A DNA stretch of 64,000 nucleotides, taken from positions 42,163,486 through 42,227,485 of the forward strand of contig NC_057733.1 in assembly GCF_004010195.1 (NCBI RefSeq), given 5' to 3'. Shown piece by piece: positions 51,228 to 64,000 of this stretch (position 1 is the first letter of the stretch; each line of letters begins with the position of its first letter). This DNA comes from Chiloscyllium plagiosum. Lineage: Eukaryota. The notes beneath the pieces were generated by a model. That model worked only from the letters and a program-made list of their open reading frames with translations, was not told the DNA's origin and did no database searches. The position numbers and the translations under genes are program-made.

Positions 51228-52028
51228 CTTTGATACGGTAACATTCCAAATCCTGTAAGCACTAGTGCTCTGTTGCAACAGCTGATCCTTTACTTCCTGC
51301 CACTTGGCCTGTGCTGGTTTCACTTCTTGTACCTTACCCTTGCCCAGCTTCTTGACAGGACGGGGTTCACGTACAAGCAGATCATTACTACTTGACCTGC
51401 CCCTAATACACTGTTTTAAGTGAGGGCAGAGCTCTCCTATAGATTGACATAACCGTGCCATGAAAAGAACAGCATTGAGATTGCAATCATTCGGAGAGTA
51501 TGTGCAATTTTGTAATCTTTCTTCTGCAGTTTTAAGCTCCGCTTTCACACAGTCCAGGATATATTGTACGCAAGAAAGGCAATGTGCCCGCAGCATTTCT
51601 TCGACCTTAGCTGTATCAGCATACCTATCAAATGCTGAACTCTGTGGCTGCGAGGGTGAGTGGTCATTCAAATTGTCCTTAATGGTAGAAGAATCTGGTG
51701 GAAGGTACATGATTAAATCATCCAATTTAACTTTTAATTTGGAGTCAAGTGCAGAACAGAAACTTTGAACGCAAAGTGTGAGCGATTGGGCCTTCATGGA
51801 GAGTCCACTCTTTACAAACTGGCTACGATTTGTGATGCTGACCCAGGCAGTGTCTGATAAAAGGTCATTACTGCTCTCTGACCAAAGAAATGCAGCAACA
51901 TTGTACTCAAACTCAATAGGTTTATTAGGAAGAGCACTGGAGTTCTTAACGTGAAGATCCTGCAGAGCTGAAACTAAGAGCTGCTTGGAACTGTTTGAGA
52001 TGGATTCCAGACCTTCTTTTGTCAACGC
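51228..52028 (-). CDS. COG1: COG1 large coding exon (equivalent to human exon 7)
   Basis: 801 bp open frame ALTKEGLESISNSSKQLLVSALQDL...VLFMARLCQSIGELCPHLKQCI...WNVTVSK, with ttttttatag acceptor and gtaagt donor. Confidence 0.97.
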
Positions 52029-52249
52029 CTATAAAAAAGAAAAGGTTTCATTATATGTCTAGTAGAACCAAGATTGTCAATACCACCCACGACCGGTTTG
52101 TTAATATGCTATATTTAAAAATAAAATTTAACAAACTAAGTTACAGTATTCCTCGATTTTGATCTCACTTGACACTAAGCATTTTTATAATAATTTTAAA
52201 CAAACTTACACATTTAAGCCTTACATGAATACCAAACCAAAGGATGATA

Positions 52250-52880
52250 ACGCAGCAGCCACCTAAAGCTTGATAAAGATGTAGGTTTCACAAGTGATCT
52301 TCACAGAAGACAGAAAGTTAAAGAGACAAAGAATTTAAACAGATTTCCAGGTTATGGTACTTGGATGTGGCAGACACAGGTACTGCTGACAAGACAATGG
52401 CAGGGGGTTCATAAAACAGCAGTTCCTGAAGAAGAGCACCTGAGAAAGACAGCGGTTGGAGGAGAGTTTCAACATTAAAGGAGGGGGGGAAAAAAAGTGA
52501 TTGGGTGGTGTCAGCCCATGCATGAAAGTTTAGCACAAAGAAAAGAATTTTAAATTTGAGCCTTGAAAGGACTGGAAGCCAATTTAGATTAGTGCAGACA
52601 GAGGTAAGGGAAGAGCAAGCCCTGGTCCAAAAGATGCAATCAGCAGAATTACAGATGAAGTAAATTTTATACAAGGGAAGGTATAATGGGTGAGTGGGAA
52701 AACTTTGCGATAGGAGGTTGGGGATTGGAAGGAAGAGGCTTGGCTGCATTCAGCAGTGAATGGGTTGAAGCAGAAATAGTCAATGTTAGAGTTGTGGTTG
52801 CACTTGTTCGTCATCACGAAGAGGATTCAAGACTGGAAGCACAGCCTAATCTCAAGTATGACACCAACGCTACAAACAAT
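52250..52880 (-). mobile_element. Ancient L2-type LINE remnant
   Basis: LNWLPVLSRLKFKIL resembles the L2 LHWLPVxxRIxFKIL motif. Confidence 0.55.
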
Positions 52881-53649
52881 CTGGAGCAGTCTAAGAAAGT
52901 GACATTGCAGAAATAAAGATAACGAGTGTTGCTCCCATTTTAAATACTAAGTAGGTTTGTTCATTAACTTCAGAACATTTGAAGAGCAGTCCCTTGATGA
53001 TTTAGATACCTAACACCTCTTTGTTATTCTAAATGAGGCAGCACAGTGGCACTGTTGCCTCACAGCACCAGGGAGGATCGATGCAGACGTGAATGGCTGA
53101 TCTGTACTGTCTTAAATCCACAGATCAAAACATACATTTATCACGTGCCAACAAAGCACGTGAGTGAGTTGGACAGTGAAAATACAGTAACATTATTACA
53201 AAATAATAGCAGCCAGACATTCAGCCCATTGAGTCTGCATTGACATTCAATAGGATCATGACCGGCCCTCCACCTCAACGGCATACTCCCACTCTCCCCA
53301 TACTCCGATACCTTTACTGGCTAGAAATCTTTTTTTTTAATTCAATGACATGGCCTTCAAAACCTTGTGGTAAAAAGAATTTCTCAGGCTCCTCTCTATG
53401 TAACACTGAATGGCATATCCAGTAACTTGAGAAAGCAATCCCTTGTTCTAGACCCGCTCAGACAGAGACTATCCAGCACGGACAAGATTTTATAAATTTT
53501 GATGAGATCTTCTCCCATTACTCTGAATTTCAGTGAATACAGGCAGTCAATATAATTTCTGCTCAGACTCGATTTGAGAAAGAACCTAAACCCCTAAAAA
53601 GCATAATGATAGTTTGCATTTGATAGGAGACATCTTGAATATTACCTAC

Positions 53650-53860
53650 CTGTAACCTGTCAAGGAACAGCTGCTGAAGGAAGTCATCCCAGAAGGAGAA
53701 AGGCTTCTCCAATAGCCGGTAGCACACAGTTTCCCAGTTCTGACTTATTGATTCACTAGTTAGAAGTTCCCACACTGCATCGCGAATTCCAGCAAGACCC
53801 TTCAGACTTTTCACATAGATCAGAAGGTTCCCAATTCCCATCTTTATATCATCCTTACAC
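53650..53860 (-). CDS. COG1: COG1 coding exon (equivalent to human exon 6)
   Basis: 211 bp, AG/GT borders, phase compatible with the previous exon. Encodes CKDDIKMGIGNLLIYVKSLKGLAGIRDAVWELL...FWDDFLQQLFLDRLQ. Confidence 0.96.
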
Positions 53861-55495
53861 CTTTATACATTAAAAAAAGTGAAAGTTTAGATCAGGCTTA
53901 GAAAGTTAATTGCACATAAATATTGTTAAACATAGCATATAGAATAAACATTTTGTTTCTAAAATCTACCTTCTGTTTGCATGATCTTAATTTATGTAAT
54001 TCTGTTAACAATTGGCATTTGAAACTGCAATACTGATATCCTCCACTCTGGTTTGCTGTTAAGTGTCACCATTTGTGTCTTTGTAATTTATAAATGTGCT
54101 TACCCACACAAAACATTTTGTACACCATTTCACCACAGTCAATGTTTGTTTAAACGCTGTTTTCGTAGGAAAAAACCTTGCAGAAAACAACAAAACATTG
54201 AAATGAATGTAACAAAACTAAGAAATTGAAGATATGCATGACATATTTCTTGGACTATAAAATACATAGTGCATGTGCATTGTCTGTAATGTTGGTTATT
54301 TGAGTGTGTTTGTATGTGGGTAGTCATTGTCATGGGGTTGGTTGGCTCCGTTTGAAGGACTACTGGTTTGCAACGTAGAGTGACTCTAGCACGCCGGTTT
54401 AATTGCCTTACCGCTGAGGTTACTATGAAAGTCTCACTTTTTCAAGCTCTCCTCTTGCCTGAGGTGTGGCAACCCTCAGGTTAAATCATCACCACTCATC
54501 TGTCACTAAGCAGGCCTTTGGTTTAGAGCTATGGCAACTTTACTTACTTTCTCATCATTATGGCAATTTCATTTGTAATTTGATAAGGGCAAATGTAACA
54601 AATTTGATTGTTTTCAAGTTAATTCCAACATGATTTTTTTTTAGAAAGTACTGTTTTATTGTCCTTTATCTTCTGTAGAAGCACTTAACACCAGTGAATG
54701 GCAACATTTTTCTGTATTGACTATCATAATGCAAAACTTGATCTAAGATGGCTCTGTGCAGCAAAATTCTAAACTCCTTACCATTCCATTATCAACTTGT
54801 ACATACACCAGTTTATATTTACATATAACACCAATATCATAGAAATTTGTAATAATCAAAGTAAGGCTCTTATCCAAGGTGTGCTAAAGCAGATACCAAG
54901 AACCAGCTAAGCAGGTCATTAATTACCAGTGTCGGATTGTAATAAAGTGTATCTGTAAATAAAATTATCCAAGCAACTTTCATACTGTGTACATTTCTCT
55001 CTTACAACAGCTTTAGTTTACATGAGTTTGATTCAATGGCAATGTACTTCATATTTGTGTCAGATGTCATCGGGTCAAGTTAGATAAAAGGACAATATTG
55101 TGTGCATCAAATGGACGTTGAGGGGAGGAAAGTCTCAGTTTTCAATTTGAATGTACTCCATATATGTGTGTCATATCAATCCAGAGAAATGAGCTAAACA
55201 CCAATTTCCTTTCATAAATAAATGCAGTTCAATCTTGGATCATATTCAGAACCAAATAGTTTAACTCCACTTGGAGAAACTAGCACATAAAAGGGGAAAT
55301 GGGAATGAAGTAAATAGGAAAAAGTAAAAACATCCTAATAGCCTTACTTTCAGATTGAAAAAAATCTACGTGCTCTTTAGATTTACTATTAATTTACTTT
55401 AAATGTTACAATTAATATACAAATGTTTTTTCTAATCCTATTGGTTTTCTGCTCTTTAGTTTTTGATAACATGCAAATAAAATTCACTAGCTTAC

Positions 55496-55652
55496 ATGTT
55501 GATCCATTGCTGAAGTGTCTCTCTCAAGTAGTCACGATTTATTGGATGAGCAAGAGTCCGCAGGGATGGCTGAAAATCCACTATAGATGGTGGTAAGTAT
55601 TTGAACCACATCTCGGATTTCATCTCTTCTTTCAACACGGTGATTCCTTTAT
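55496..55652 (-). CDS. COG1: COG1 coding exon (equivalent to human exon 5)
   Basis: 157 bp with tttatag acceptor and gtaag donor. Encodes (D)KGITVLKEEMKSEMWFKYLPPSIVDFQPSLRTLAHPINRDYLRETLQQWIN(M), matching vertebrate COG1 as recalled. Confidence 0.95.
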
Positions 55653-55842
55653 CTATAAAGGTGAAAGACAAAGTTAAGTCTTATTGCCTGTGAATACAAA
55701 CAAAGATTCTCACCAATATTTCCAATTGCCCAGTGAAGCTAAGAGCAATGACTTTGATCTCAGAAAACTGTATTTAAGACTACTGCTCTCACACAGCAGT
55801 GACTTTTGACATGACAGAATCCAATGCTATTGCTATAGTGCT

Positions 55843-57471
55843 TTTTTAAATATTTTTATTGAAAACTTTAAAATCTTTTACAAAACATTTATGAAGCAAG
55901 CACACCATTAAAACAGAAAAAAGATAGTATAACAAAGCCTTAACACAGTACTATTGTTAATGAACTACCTACTATTCTACCAGAACAACCATATCGACTT
56001 GACTTAAACCAAACTACAAACATATTAAATAAATACTAACTCAAACTAAATTCAAATAACTTAAAATTAAATAATATCTCACTACTTTATTCTATCTCAC
56101 TCATCACAGCTTTGAGGCTCCCGTCGCCAGGCACACCATCTATAGTATCCGTATTCTTTTTCCACCCAGTCTCTTCCTCCGGGCCCCATGGGCACCCATA
56201 CTGATTCCCACAGCTATACCACTGCCCTAATTAATATTGCTGATAAGACAGCTTCAATATAATTTACAAAGGGCAGCCATGTCTTGTAAAACTGTTCCGT
56301 TTGGTGGTGCACCATATTTGTTAGGTAGTTTTGGGGGAGATGCTCCATCACCAGCCTAAGCCACCCTGTAAGACCTGGTCCTTTTTCTGACGTCCAATTC
56401 ACTAGGATATTCTTCCTTGCACAATGGGTAAGAACATTACACAATCTCTTCCCGTGTTCCACCAGAGGGGACAAATCTGGCAACTCCATAAGAAGAATTA
56501 GCGGATCCACGTTAATTTCAATCCCCAGGATGTCCTTTAGCTCCCTTACTATAGCACTCCAGTATCTCTGGATCTTACAACATAATCAGGAGCAGTGTGT
56601 GAGAGTGCCTATACTAGTTTGAGACACCGCGGTGACACTCCTCTCTTGCGCCATGTGAGTCCTGTATAAGACTTTCTATTGCATGGCCTGCGCTCTGTTA
56701 CATACTGAGATTTTCCTTACATCCCCCCTGATGTTTTCCCATACCTCCAATGAAATATCCTCTCCTAACTCTCCACTCCATGTCCTACACAGTCCTTCCA
56801 TGACCCCCAGGGCGTAACCTTTCTGTAAATGATATAAAGTACTGAGTGAAAGAGCACCCGTACACTGGAGCACTCTTTTTTTCCTTCACATCTGATTTGT
56901 AACACTGAACCAGGAGCATGATCTTCCTCTGAATATAATCCCTTATCTGGAAATATCGAAAAAGGTCCCTATTAGACAATCCATATTTCTGACTTAAGTA
57001 AATGACATCAGGACCTCCCCCTTGAATAAGTCTCCCAGACAGAGGATTATTCTCCCATGCCTTAAACCCTTGGGCTCCCATCAAGTCTTCGACCAATTGC
57101 CCTCGTCTTGCCTCATTATCCTCCAGGCTTTCACCGTATTCAAAATAATTGGACTTTTACACTGCTGGGTCACGGATTTCATCTCGTCCATGACTAATAA
57201 ATTAAGTAAAAGACCTCTCAACTGCAGGCTTCATTATCAAGCCAAATCGACTCCAAAATACCCCGTACTCAGTCACCAACATATGTTAACAGGGCACTTA
57301 TTTGGTATTTCTTCAAATCCGGAAGATCCACCCCTCCCTCACCCTACGAAAGCTGCAATTTAGTGAATTTAATTAGAGGATGCCTGTGGCACAAAATAAA
57401 GGGCGCTAGCCAACCATTGAGCCTCGGTAACACTTGTCTCGGTAACAACAACAGGAGCATTTTCATGGGGT
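55843..57471 (-). mobile_element. L1-type LINE ORF2 3' fragment with A-rich tail
   Basis: KYGLSNRDLFRYFQIRDYI, a Cys/His-rich remnant and ARKNILVNW...FYKTWLPF. AATAAAAATATTTAAAAAA tail near 55843-55860. Confidence 0.85.
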
Positions 57472-57971
57472 NNNNNNNNNNNNNNNNNNNNNNNNNNNNN
57501 NNNNNNNNNNNNNNNNNNNNNNNNNNNNNNNNNNNNNNNNNNNNNNNNNNNNNNNNNNNNNNNNNNNNNNNNNNNNNNNNNNNNNNNNNNNNNNNNNNNN
57601 NNNNNNNNNNNNNNNNNNNNNNNNNNNNNNNNNNNNNNNNNNNNNNNNNNNNNNNNNNNNNNNNNNNNNNNNNNNNNNNNNNNNNNNNNNNNNNNNNNNN
57701 NNNNNNNNNNNNNNNNNNNNNNNNNNNNNNNNNNNNNNNNNNNNNNNNNNNNNNNNNNNNNNNNNNNNNNNNNNNNNNNNNNNNNNNNNNNNNNNNNNNN
57801 NNNNNNNNNNNNNNNNNNNNNNNNNNNNNNNNNNNNNNNNNNNNNNNNNNNNNNNNNNNNNNNNNNNNNNNNNNNNNNNNNNNNNNNNNNNNNNNNNNNN
57901 NNNNNNNNNNNNNNNNNNNNNNNNNNNNNNNNNNNNNNNNNNNNNNNNNNNNNNNNNNNNNNNNNNNNNNN
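57472..57971. other. Assembly gap (exactly 500 N)
   Basis: Flanked by unrelated elements (L1 on minus, CR1 on plus). The round size suggests a placeholder scaffold join. Confidence 0.99.
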
Positions 57972-58312
57972 CCTTATCGAGGTTTATAAAATCACAAGGA
58001 TTTTTCCTCAGGTGGGAGAGTCCAAAACTAGATGGCATAGGTTTACGGTGAGAGGGGAAGGATTTAAAAAGGATCTGAGGGGAAACATTTTCATGCAGAG
58101 GGTGGTGTGTGTATGGAATGAACTATCAGAGGAAGTTGTGGAGGTGGGTACAATTCCAACATTTAAAAGGTAGCTGGATGGGTGCATAAACAGGAAGGGT
58201 TTAGAAGGATATGGGCCAAATACTGGCAAATGGGACCAGATCATATGTCAAGTCGATGCAGACAATTTGGACCAATGGAGCTGTTCCATGCTGTATGACC
58301 CAAGACACTATG
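57972..58312 (+). mobile_element. CR1 LINE 3' end
   Basis: CAGAGGGTGGTGTGTGTATGGAATGA...GGATATGGGCCAAATACTGGC. Confidence 0.85.
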
Positions 58313-59036
58313 AATTCCAGTTCACTGCAGTAAACTATACATATATAATAAAAGTACCTAAAATAATTTAAATTTTTTCCTCTATATCTTTAAATTTAAC
58401 ACTCTCTAGGTACTCGGGGCAAAATTGGTTATGAGTAGAAGATTAGAGGAAAGAACTGATCAGTGGGCTAATGTCATAAAGGGGTCAGAGCGAAGTAGTG
58501 TCCTCTGCCTGTCCCAGAGTTCAGTTTCATGACCACTATCATTTATATTTGAAATGTACACAACGGGGTGATGACAGTGATGCTATTGTCATTGAAAAGT
58601 AATCCAGGTATTGAAGACTCATATTCAAATTTTTAAAAAATCTAGTCTTAAATGATGTGCATGAAATAATTGATTATCGTAAAAACCCATCTGGTTCATT
58701 TATGTCCTTTAGGGAAGAAAAATTTAGTTGTATCAATCGCTAATAAGTCTCAACAAAGGAATGAAATCAGACAGATTGTGTGGCACCAACTAAGGCACCA
58801 GAAATGACGATATAAACTAAGCCATGTAATGTCCTCCTTGGCAACATCAGGGGCTGGTACCAAAATTGGCAACTCGCTCATAGATTAGTCTAGCAACAAC
58901 CTGATATAGTCAAACTCAGGGAATCATACCTTTATACTCAATGCCCCAGATAACCCCATCACCATCCCCGGATATGTCCTGCCCCACTGGCCAGGCAAAA
59001 GGTGACAACACTGTATAATCATTTGGAAAGGAGCAA

Positions 59037-59838
59037 TCATAGAGTCATAAAGATGTACAGCATGGAAACAGACCCTTCAGTCCAACTCATCCATGCTGAC
59101 CAGACATCCCAAACCAATCTAGTCCTACCTGCCAGCACCCGGCCCATATCCCTCCAAACCCTTCCTCTATTCATGTACCAATCCAGATGCCTTTTAAATG
59201 TTGCAATTGTACTAGCCTCCACCACTTCCTCTGGCAGCTTATTTCATACACTCTGAGTGGAAAGATTGCCCAGTAGGTCTCTTTTATATCTTTCCCCTCT
59301 CACCCTAAACCTATGCCCTCTAGTTCTGGACTCCCCCATCCCAGGGAAAAGACTTTGTCGATTTATCCTATCCATGCCCCTCATAATTTTGTAAACCTCA
59401 AAAAAGGTCACCCCTTAACTTCCGACGCTCCAGGGAAAACAGTCCTAGCTTATTCAACCTCTCCCTATATCTCAAATTCTCTGACCCTGACAACATCCTT
59501 GCAAATCGTTTCTGAACCCTTTCAAGTTTCACAACATCTTTCTGATAGGAGGAGACCAGAATTGCACACAGTATTCCAACAGTGGGCCGCCTTCACTATC
59601 CTATCTACCTGCGACTCCACTTTCAAGCAGCTATGAACCTGCACTCCAAGGTCTCTTTGTTCAGCAACACTCCCTAGGACCTTACCATTAAGTGTATAAG
59701 GTTTGCTTTCCCAAAATGCAGCACCTCGCATTTATCTAAATTGAAGTCCATCTGCCATTTCTCAACCCATTGGCCCATCTGATCAAGATCCTGTTGTGAT
59801 CTGAGGTAACCTTCTTCGCTGTCCACTACACCTCCAAC
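59037..59838 (-). mobile_element. CR1 LINE 3' portion (nested)
   Basis: [12 protein letters not shown]...KCEVLHFGK, followed by the CR1 tail. Confidence 0.9.
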
Positions 59839-60604
59839 CCGGGAGTTCTCAACATTGACTCTAGACCCCATCACATTTCATGGCATTAGGTCAAGCAAAG
59901 GAAAGGAAACATCCTGCTGATTATCATTGACTATCTCCCCTCTGGTTGGTCAGTGTGCAGATTGTTCTCTTAAGTCAGTGACTTCAATGTCCATCACCAA
60001 GAACGATATGGCAGTACGACTATTGATACAGCTCATCGATACCTTGACCTGACTGCAAGACCTGGTCTGTGGCAGCTGGCAAAAGACCCAACAAGGGGAA
60101 AGGACTGTTAACTTCAACCTTCCATGTCAGTATCAGTAAGAGTGACCACCACACAATAATTGTGGAGGTAAAGTCCCATCTTCACATAGAGGATATGAGG
60201 CATCATGTTAATGTAGCACTATCACCATGCTAAATGGGATAACTTTCAACAAATCAAAACTGGTGCATCTATGAGATGTTCCTCAGGGCAGTATCCTTGA
60301 CCCAAATATCTTCAGATGGTCCATCAATGGCCTTCCCTCTTCCATAAGGTCAGAAGTGGGGATGTTTGTGGATGATTGCACAATGTTCACTATTCATGAC
60401 TGAAACAGTCAGTGTTCAAATACGGCAAGACCTCGATAATATCCAGGTTTGGACAGTCAATGGCAAACAACTCTCACGCCACTCAAATGCCAGGCAATGA
60501 CCAAGTCCAACAAGAGAAAATCTCACTTTCACCCCTTGACATTCAATGACATCACCATTGATGAGTCCCTCATAATCAACATTCTGGAGTTACCATTGAC
60601 CAGA

Positions 60605-60922
60605 GCACTGGTTAGCACTACTACGTCACAGTACCAGGGACCCGGGTTTGATTCCAGCCTTGGGTGAATGTGTTTGAGTTTGCACGTTGTCAGCATGGAT
60701 TTCTGCCAGGTGCTCCAGTTTCCTCCCACAGTACAAATTGTGCAAGTTAGGGAGATTGGCCATGCAAAATTGCCCTTTGGTGTCCAGGGATGTGCAGGTT
60801 AGGTGGATTAACCATGGTGAAATGCAGAGTTATGGGGAAGGTGGGGAGGTGGGTCTGGGTGGGATGCTCTTTGGGGGGTCAATACAGACTCGACGAGCTT
60901 GTTTTTGCACTGTAGGGATGCT
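60605..60922 (+). mobile_element. Degenerate HE1-type SINE (nested)
   Basis: TGGTTAGCACTACT...GGGACCCGGGTTTGATTCC...GTTTCCTCCCACAGT. Confidence 0.82.
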
Positions 60923-62091
60923 ATGAGAAACTGAACCGGACTGACCATATAAATACTATGGCTACAAGAGCAGGTCAGAGACTGGAAATCCTGTGGTAAC
61001 TCCTCTCCTGATGCAGATCCACCATCTACAAGGCACATGTCAGGAGTATGAAGGCACTAGTCAGGAATGTGATGGATTAATCCCCACTTGGCTGGATGAG
61101 TGCAGCTCCAACAACATTCAAGAAGCTTGACATCATCAAGGACAAAACAGACAATTTGGTTGGCACCACATCCCTGCACCATTAATGTTTAGTAGTAGTA
61201 GTGTTATCATTTACAAGATACACTACAGAATTTCAACACCTTAGATAGCACCTTCCAAACCCATGACCACTGCCTTTTAGAAGGTCACGGTCAACAGATT
61301 CATCAGAATACCATTACCTCTGTACTCCCCTCCAAGCTACACTCCATCACTGTTCCTTCAGTGTCACTTAAACTAAGTGCTGGGATTCTCTCCTCAAATA
61401 TCAAAAATGACCTCAGCATTTCAAGAAGACAGCTCATCAGCACCTTCTCAAGGGCAGCAAGGGGTAGGCAATAAATGCTGACCAGGCAGCAATGCCCACA
61501 TTGCATGAAATCAACATAAATTATGCAAACCACTGAAGTGATGCATTCAATTTTATTTTTGTTGTGCTAAATCAATTACCGTGGGAGAAGGAATAAGCAG
61601 AACGAAACAGAAGAATGTTAAGCTAACCTTATCAATCAAACGTTTGAGAAAATTTGTGAAAAGTCAGAGCTAAAACTCAAGACAACTTTTCCATTTAAGT
61701 AGTTTTTTTGGGCTTCTGTTTCAAAAAAACTTTGAAGCTTTTTAGTTATTTGTAAGTCACTGAAGAGTTGCTTCTCTTTGGGAAAACATTATGTTTTGGT
61801 GTTGACTTGCTTTAAGTGGTAAAGATCTGCACTTTGTGGTGTTGAGTCATGCTAATTATTGTACAAGTAGTATATTAACATTGAGTCACAATAATTATCA
61901 AATCAAAGTCATCTGTTTTTGCTTGATACCATACATGTGAAGAAATTATATAGAATTATCACCTTTTATAACCATTATGCAGAAATTCTTTGTATTTTTG
62001 ATTGTCTTTCATTATGTGATTAAGAAGCATTTCTGAATTTTGCTAAACCTTATTTTTCCTTCATATAGGTTTCTGCTTCTGCTCTAGCTTC

Positions 62092-62725
62092 ATGTCGGTA
62101 TACCTATATGGTTTATCCAATGGAAATGATTCTATGAACTCCCTTCACATATCCATTGGTGGTCTTCCAGTTATAGCGTCCATGACAAATACAAGAGATT
62201 CACGTTTTCACCTGAAATGGAAGACTATACTCGCAGCAATCATAGTTCTTTTCATATTCTACATGCTGTATTTTCACAAAGGTTCCCCAAATAGCCCTTA
62301 TCCACGAAATACCCACAACTGGCCAATTGATAATTTTCCAAAGGACAGATACAATGACACGTACCCACTTTCACCCCCACAGAAGACCCTGGAAGGCATC
62401 CGATACCGTATTGGGCTGATTGCTGACCTGGACACTAACTCAAAGAATGAATTGAACAGTGACACTTGGTTTAGTTACTTAAAGAAAGGATACTTGATAT
62501 TATCAAACAGTGGTGACAAAGTAACTCTCGAATGGGACAAAAATGAATCCATTCTCAAAACACATTTGTCAGAAAAAGGACGTGGCATGGAATTGTCGGA
62601 ACTCATAGCATTTAATGGAAAGCTTTACACTGTGGATGATAGGACAGGTGTCGTATATGATATTGATGGTGATAAGGCAGTCCCTTGGGTAATTCTATCA
62701 GATGGAGATGGAACTGTTGAGAAAG
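62092..62725 (+). CDS. CANT1: CANT1 (calcium-activated nucleotidase 1) first coding exon
   Basis: Contains [19 protein letters not shown], a hydrophobic signal-anchor, [36 protein letters not shown] and [10 protein letters not shown]. Acceptor ttcatatag at 62068, so the 5' noncoding exon lies elsewhere. Phase-1 donor G|gtacc. Confidence 0.96.
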
Positions 62726-63580
62726 GTACCAAAGTAACTTATTCTATCATTAATTTGCACAAATAATTTCTGCTAGTCTTATGGATTGTTATACTTTGTC
62801 AATTGCTATGAATCTCACTTAACATGGAGTCTTAACAAACATATTGAGATATGATGGTGGAGAAATGAAGAACTTATTGCTGTACTATTTAACATAGATT
62901 TTTATTTCCTGTGTATTGAACTAAAATTATTTACAGTTTTGTTCCTTCTGAGAGGATGGGAAGATGATCTGGTCCCAGGTTATTGACATTGCTGATACAA
63001 CTAGCCCTGGACTTTGAAATGTTACCACGAGTGTATGGAGGTGCTTTTTTTTTACCTCTCATACTCTGGTTGTCTCCTAGAATTACTTCCACAACATATT
63101 GAAGTTGTGTACATACCATAGGGACCAGAATTATTTCTTATACGAACATGAAAATAATATGGAGGAAAGAGGAGTTATCCCTCCTTGGGTATTTTAATAT
63201 ACCACTGTTAGAGGCAGATTGGTTAAAAATATTGAAAGAAAATCGGCAGTTGTGTGACAATAATACTGTGGGAACAGTGGTGGGAGCTTCAAGGATTGCA
63301 GAACTCCACAGCTGCTTCAAGCAGATAACATGAGTGTATCTTCAAACTCAGGATACCACCCCTGGATAATTGAAGTTATATTTTTAATTAAATTCTGTTT
63401 TACTGAATTATATCAGTACAGCCATGTGTATATCTTAAACAAAAACAGAATATTCACAAGTCAATCAGAATCTATAAAGCAAAGGAGTTAGCTGATGCTT
63501 CAGACGTATACTCTTAATCCAGAACATTGCTTGTGGAGTACTTTTGCTATGATTCTACATTTGTTCTGCTATTCCTTAAG

Positions 63581-63784
63581 GTTTCAAAGCTGAATGGTTG
63601 GCAGTAAAAGACGAGCACCTTTATGTGGGTGGACTCGGTAAGGAATGGACTACCACCACAGGAGAGGTAGTCAATGAAAATCCAGAGTGGGTGAAAGTTA
63701 TTGGTTACAAAGGTGATGTAAATCATGAAAATTGGGTGTCTCACTACAATGCACTCCGCACAGCTGCTGGAATTAAAGCCCCAG
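63581..63784 (+). CDS. CANT1: CANT1 second coding exon; gene continues beyond the window
   Basis: 204 bp with ccttaag acceptor and gtaaga donor. Encodes (G)[39 protein letters not shown]...[20 protein letters not shown](G). Confidence 0.96.
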
Positions 63785-64000
63785 GTAAGAAACATCTGAA
63801 GTAAGAAAAATGAATAACTGCTTTTACATGAGGAAAATTTCTATTATCGATAAATATCCATTTCCTCTTTCTCCATGTGTAAATATTTGGTCCCTAATCA
63901 GCCCTACTCTACCCCTTTTACCACCATTTTACTATTTGTGTCTGTTGAAGACTTTGGGATTCCCCGTTACATTAGCTGCCATTCTTTTTCTGTATTTACT

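Larger units (their letters stand above)
58565..61510 (+). mobile_element. Old CR1-superfamily LINE (same family as 16855-22460) with an internal deletion and nested insertions
   Basis: Colinear similarity to the 16855-22460 copy, for example AAAGGAATGA..., GGTCAGAAGTGGGGATGTT and ATAAATGCTG.CCAG. Confidence 0.7.

Noticed and set aside
51460-51768. 102-aa plus-strand ORF
   Set aside because: It is the antisense shadow of COG1 exon 7.

Overview
This is eukaryotic, repeat-rich DNA from a cartilaginous fish. The HE1-type V-SINEs and HER1/CR1 LINEs point to a shark, and a bamboo-shark-like species is only a guess. Three protein-coding genes are supported. (1) COG1 lies on the minus strand with ten coding exons matching human exons 5-14 (55652 down to the stop at 29437), all with GT-AG borders and consistent phases. 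(2) CANT1 has two coding exons on the plus strand (62092-63784), located upstream of COG1 exon 5 and across a 500-N gap. (3) MAP2K6 exon 1 is on the minus strand (MSLSKG|gtaagg, 10539-10557), with a ZNF143-type promoter motif, several uORFs in the leader and four perfect octamer motifs just inside intron 1. The rest is mostly CR1, L1, L2, Rex1, RTE and Penelope fragments, SINEs, MITEs and solo LTRs. The most notable observations are an apparently peptide-conserved MAP2K6 uORF plus a start-stop element, very short TSD-flanked inserts carrying hammerhead-ribozyme-like cores, and an unidentified decayed coding region at about 24.7-28.2 kb. All gene identities and comparisons with human sequence come from memory, not database searches. 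Repeat boundaries are approximate.
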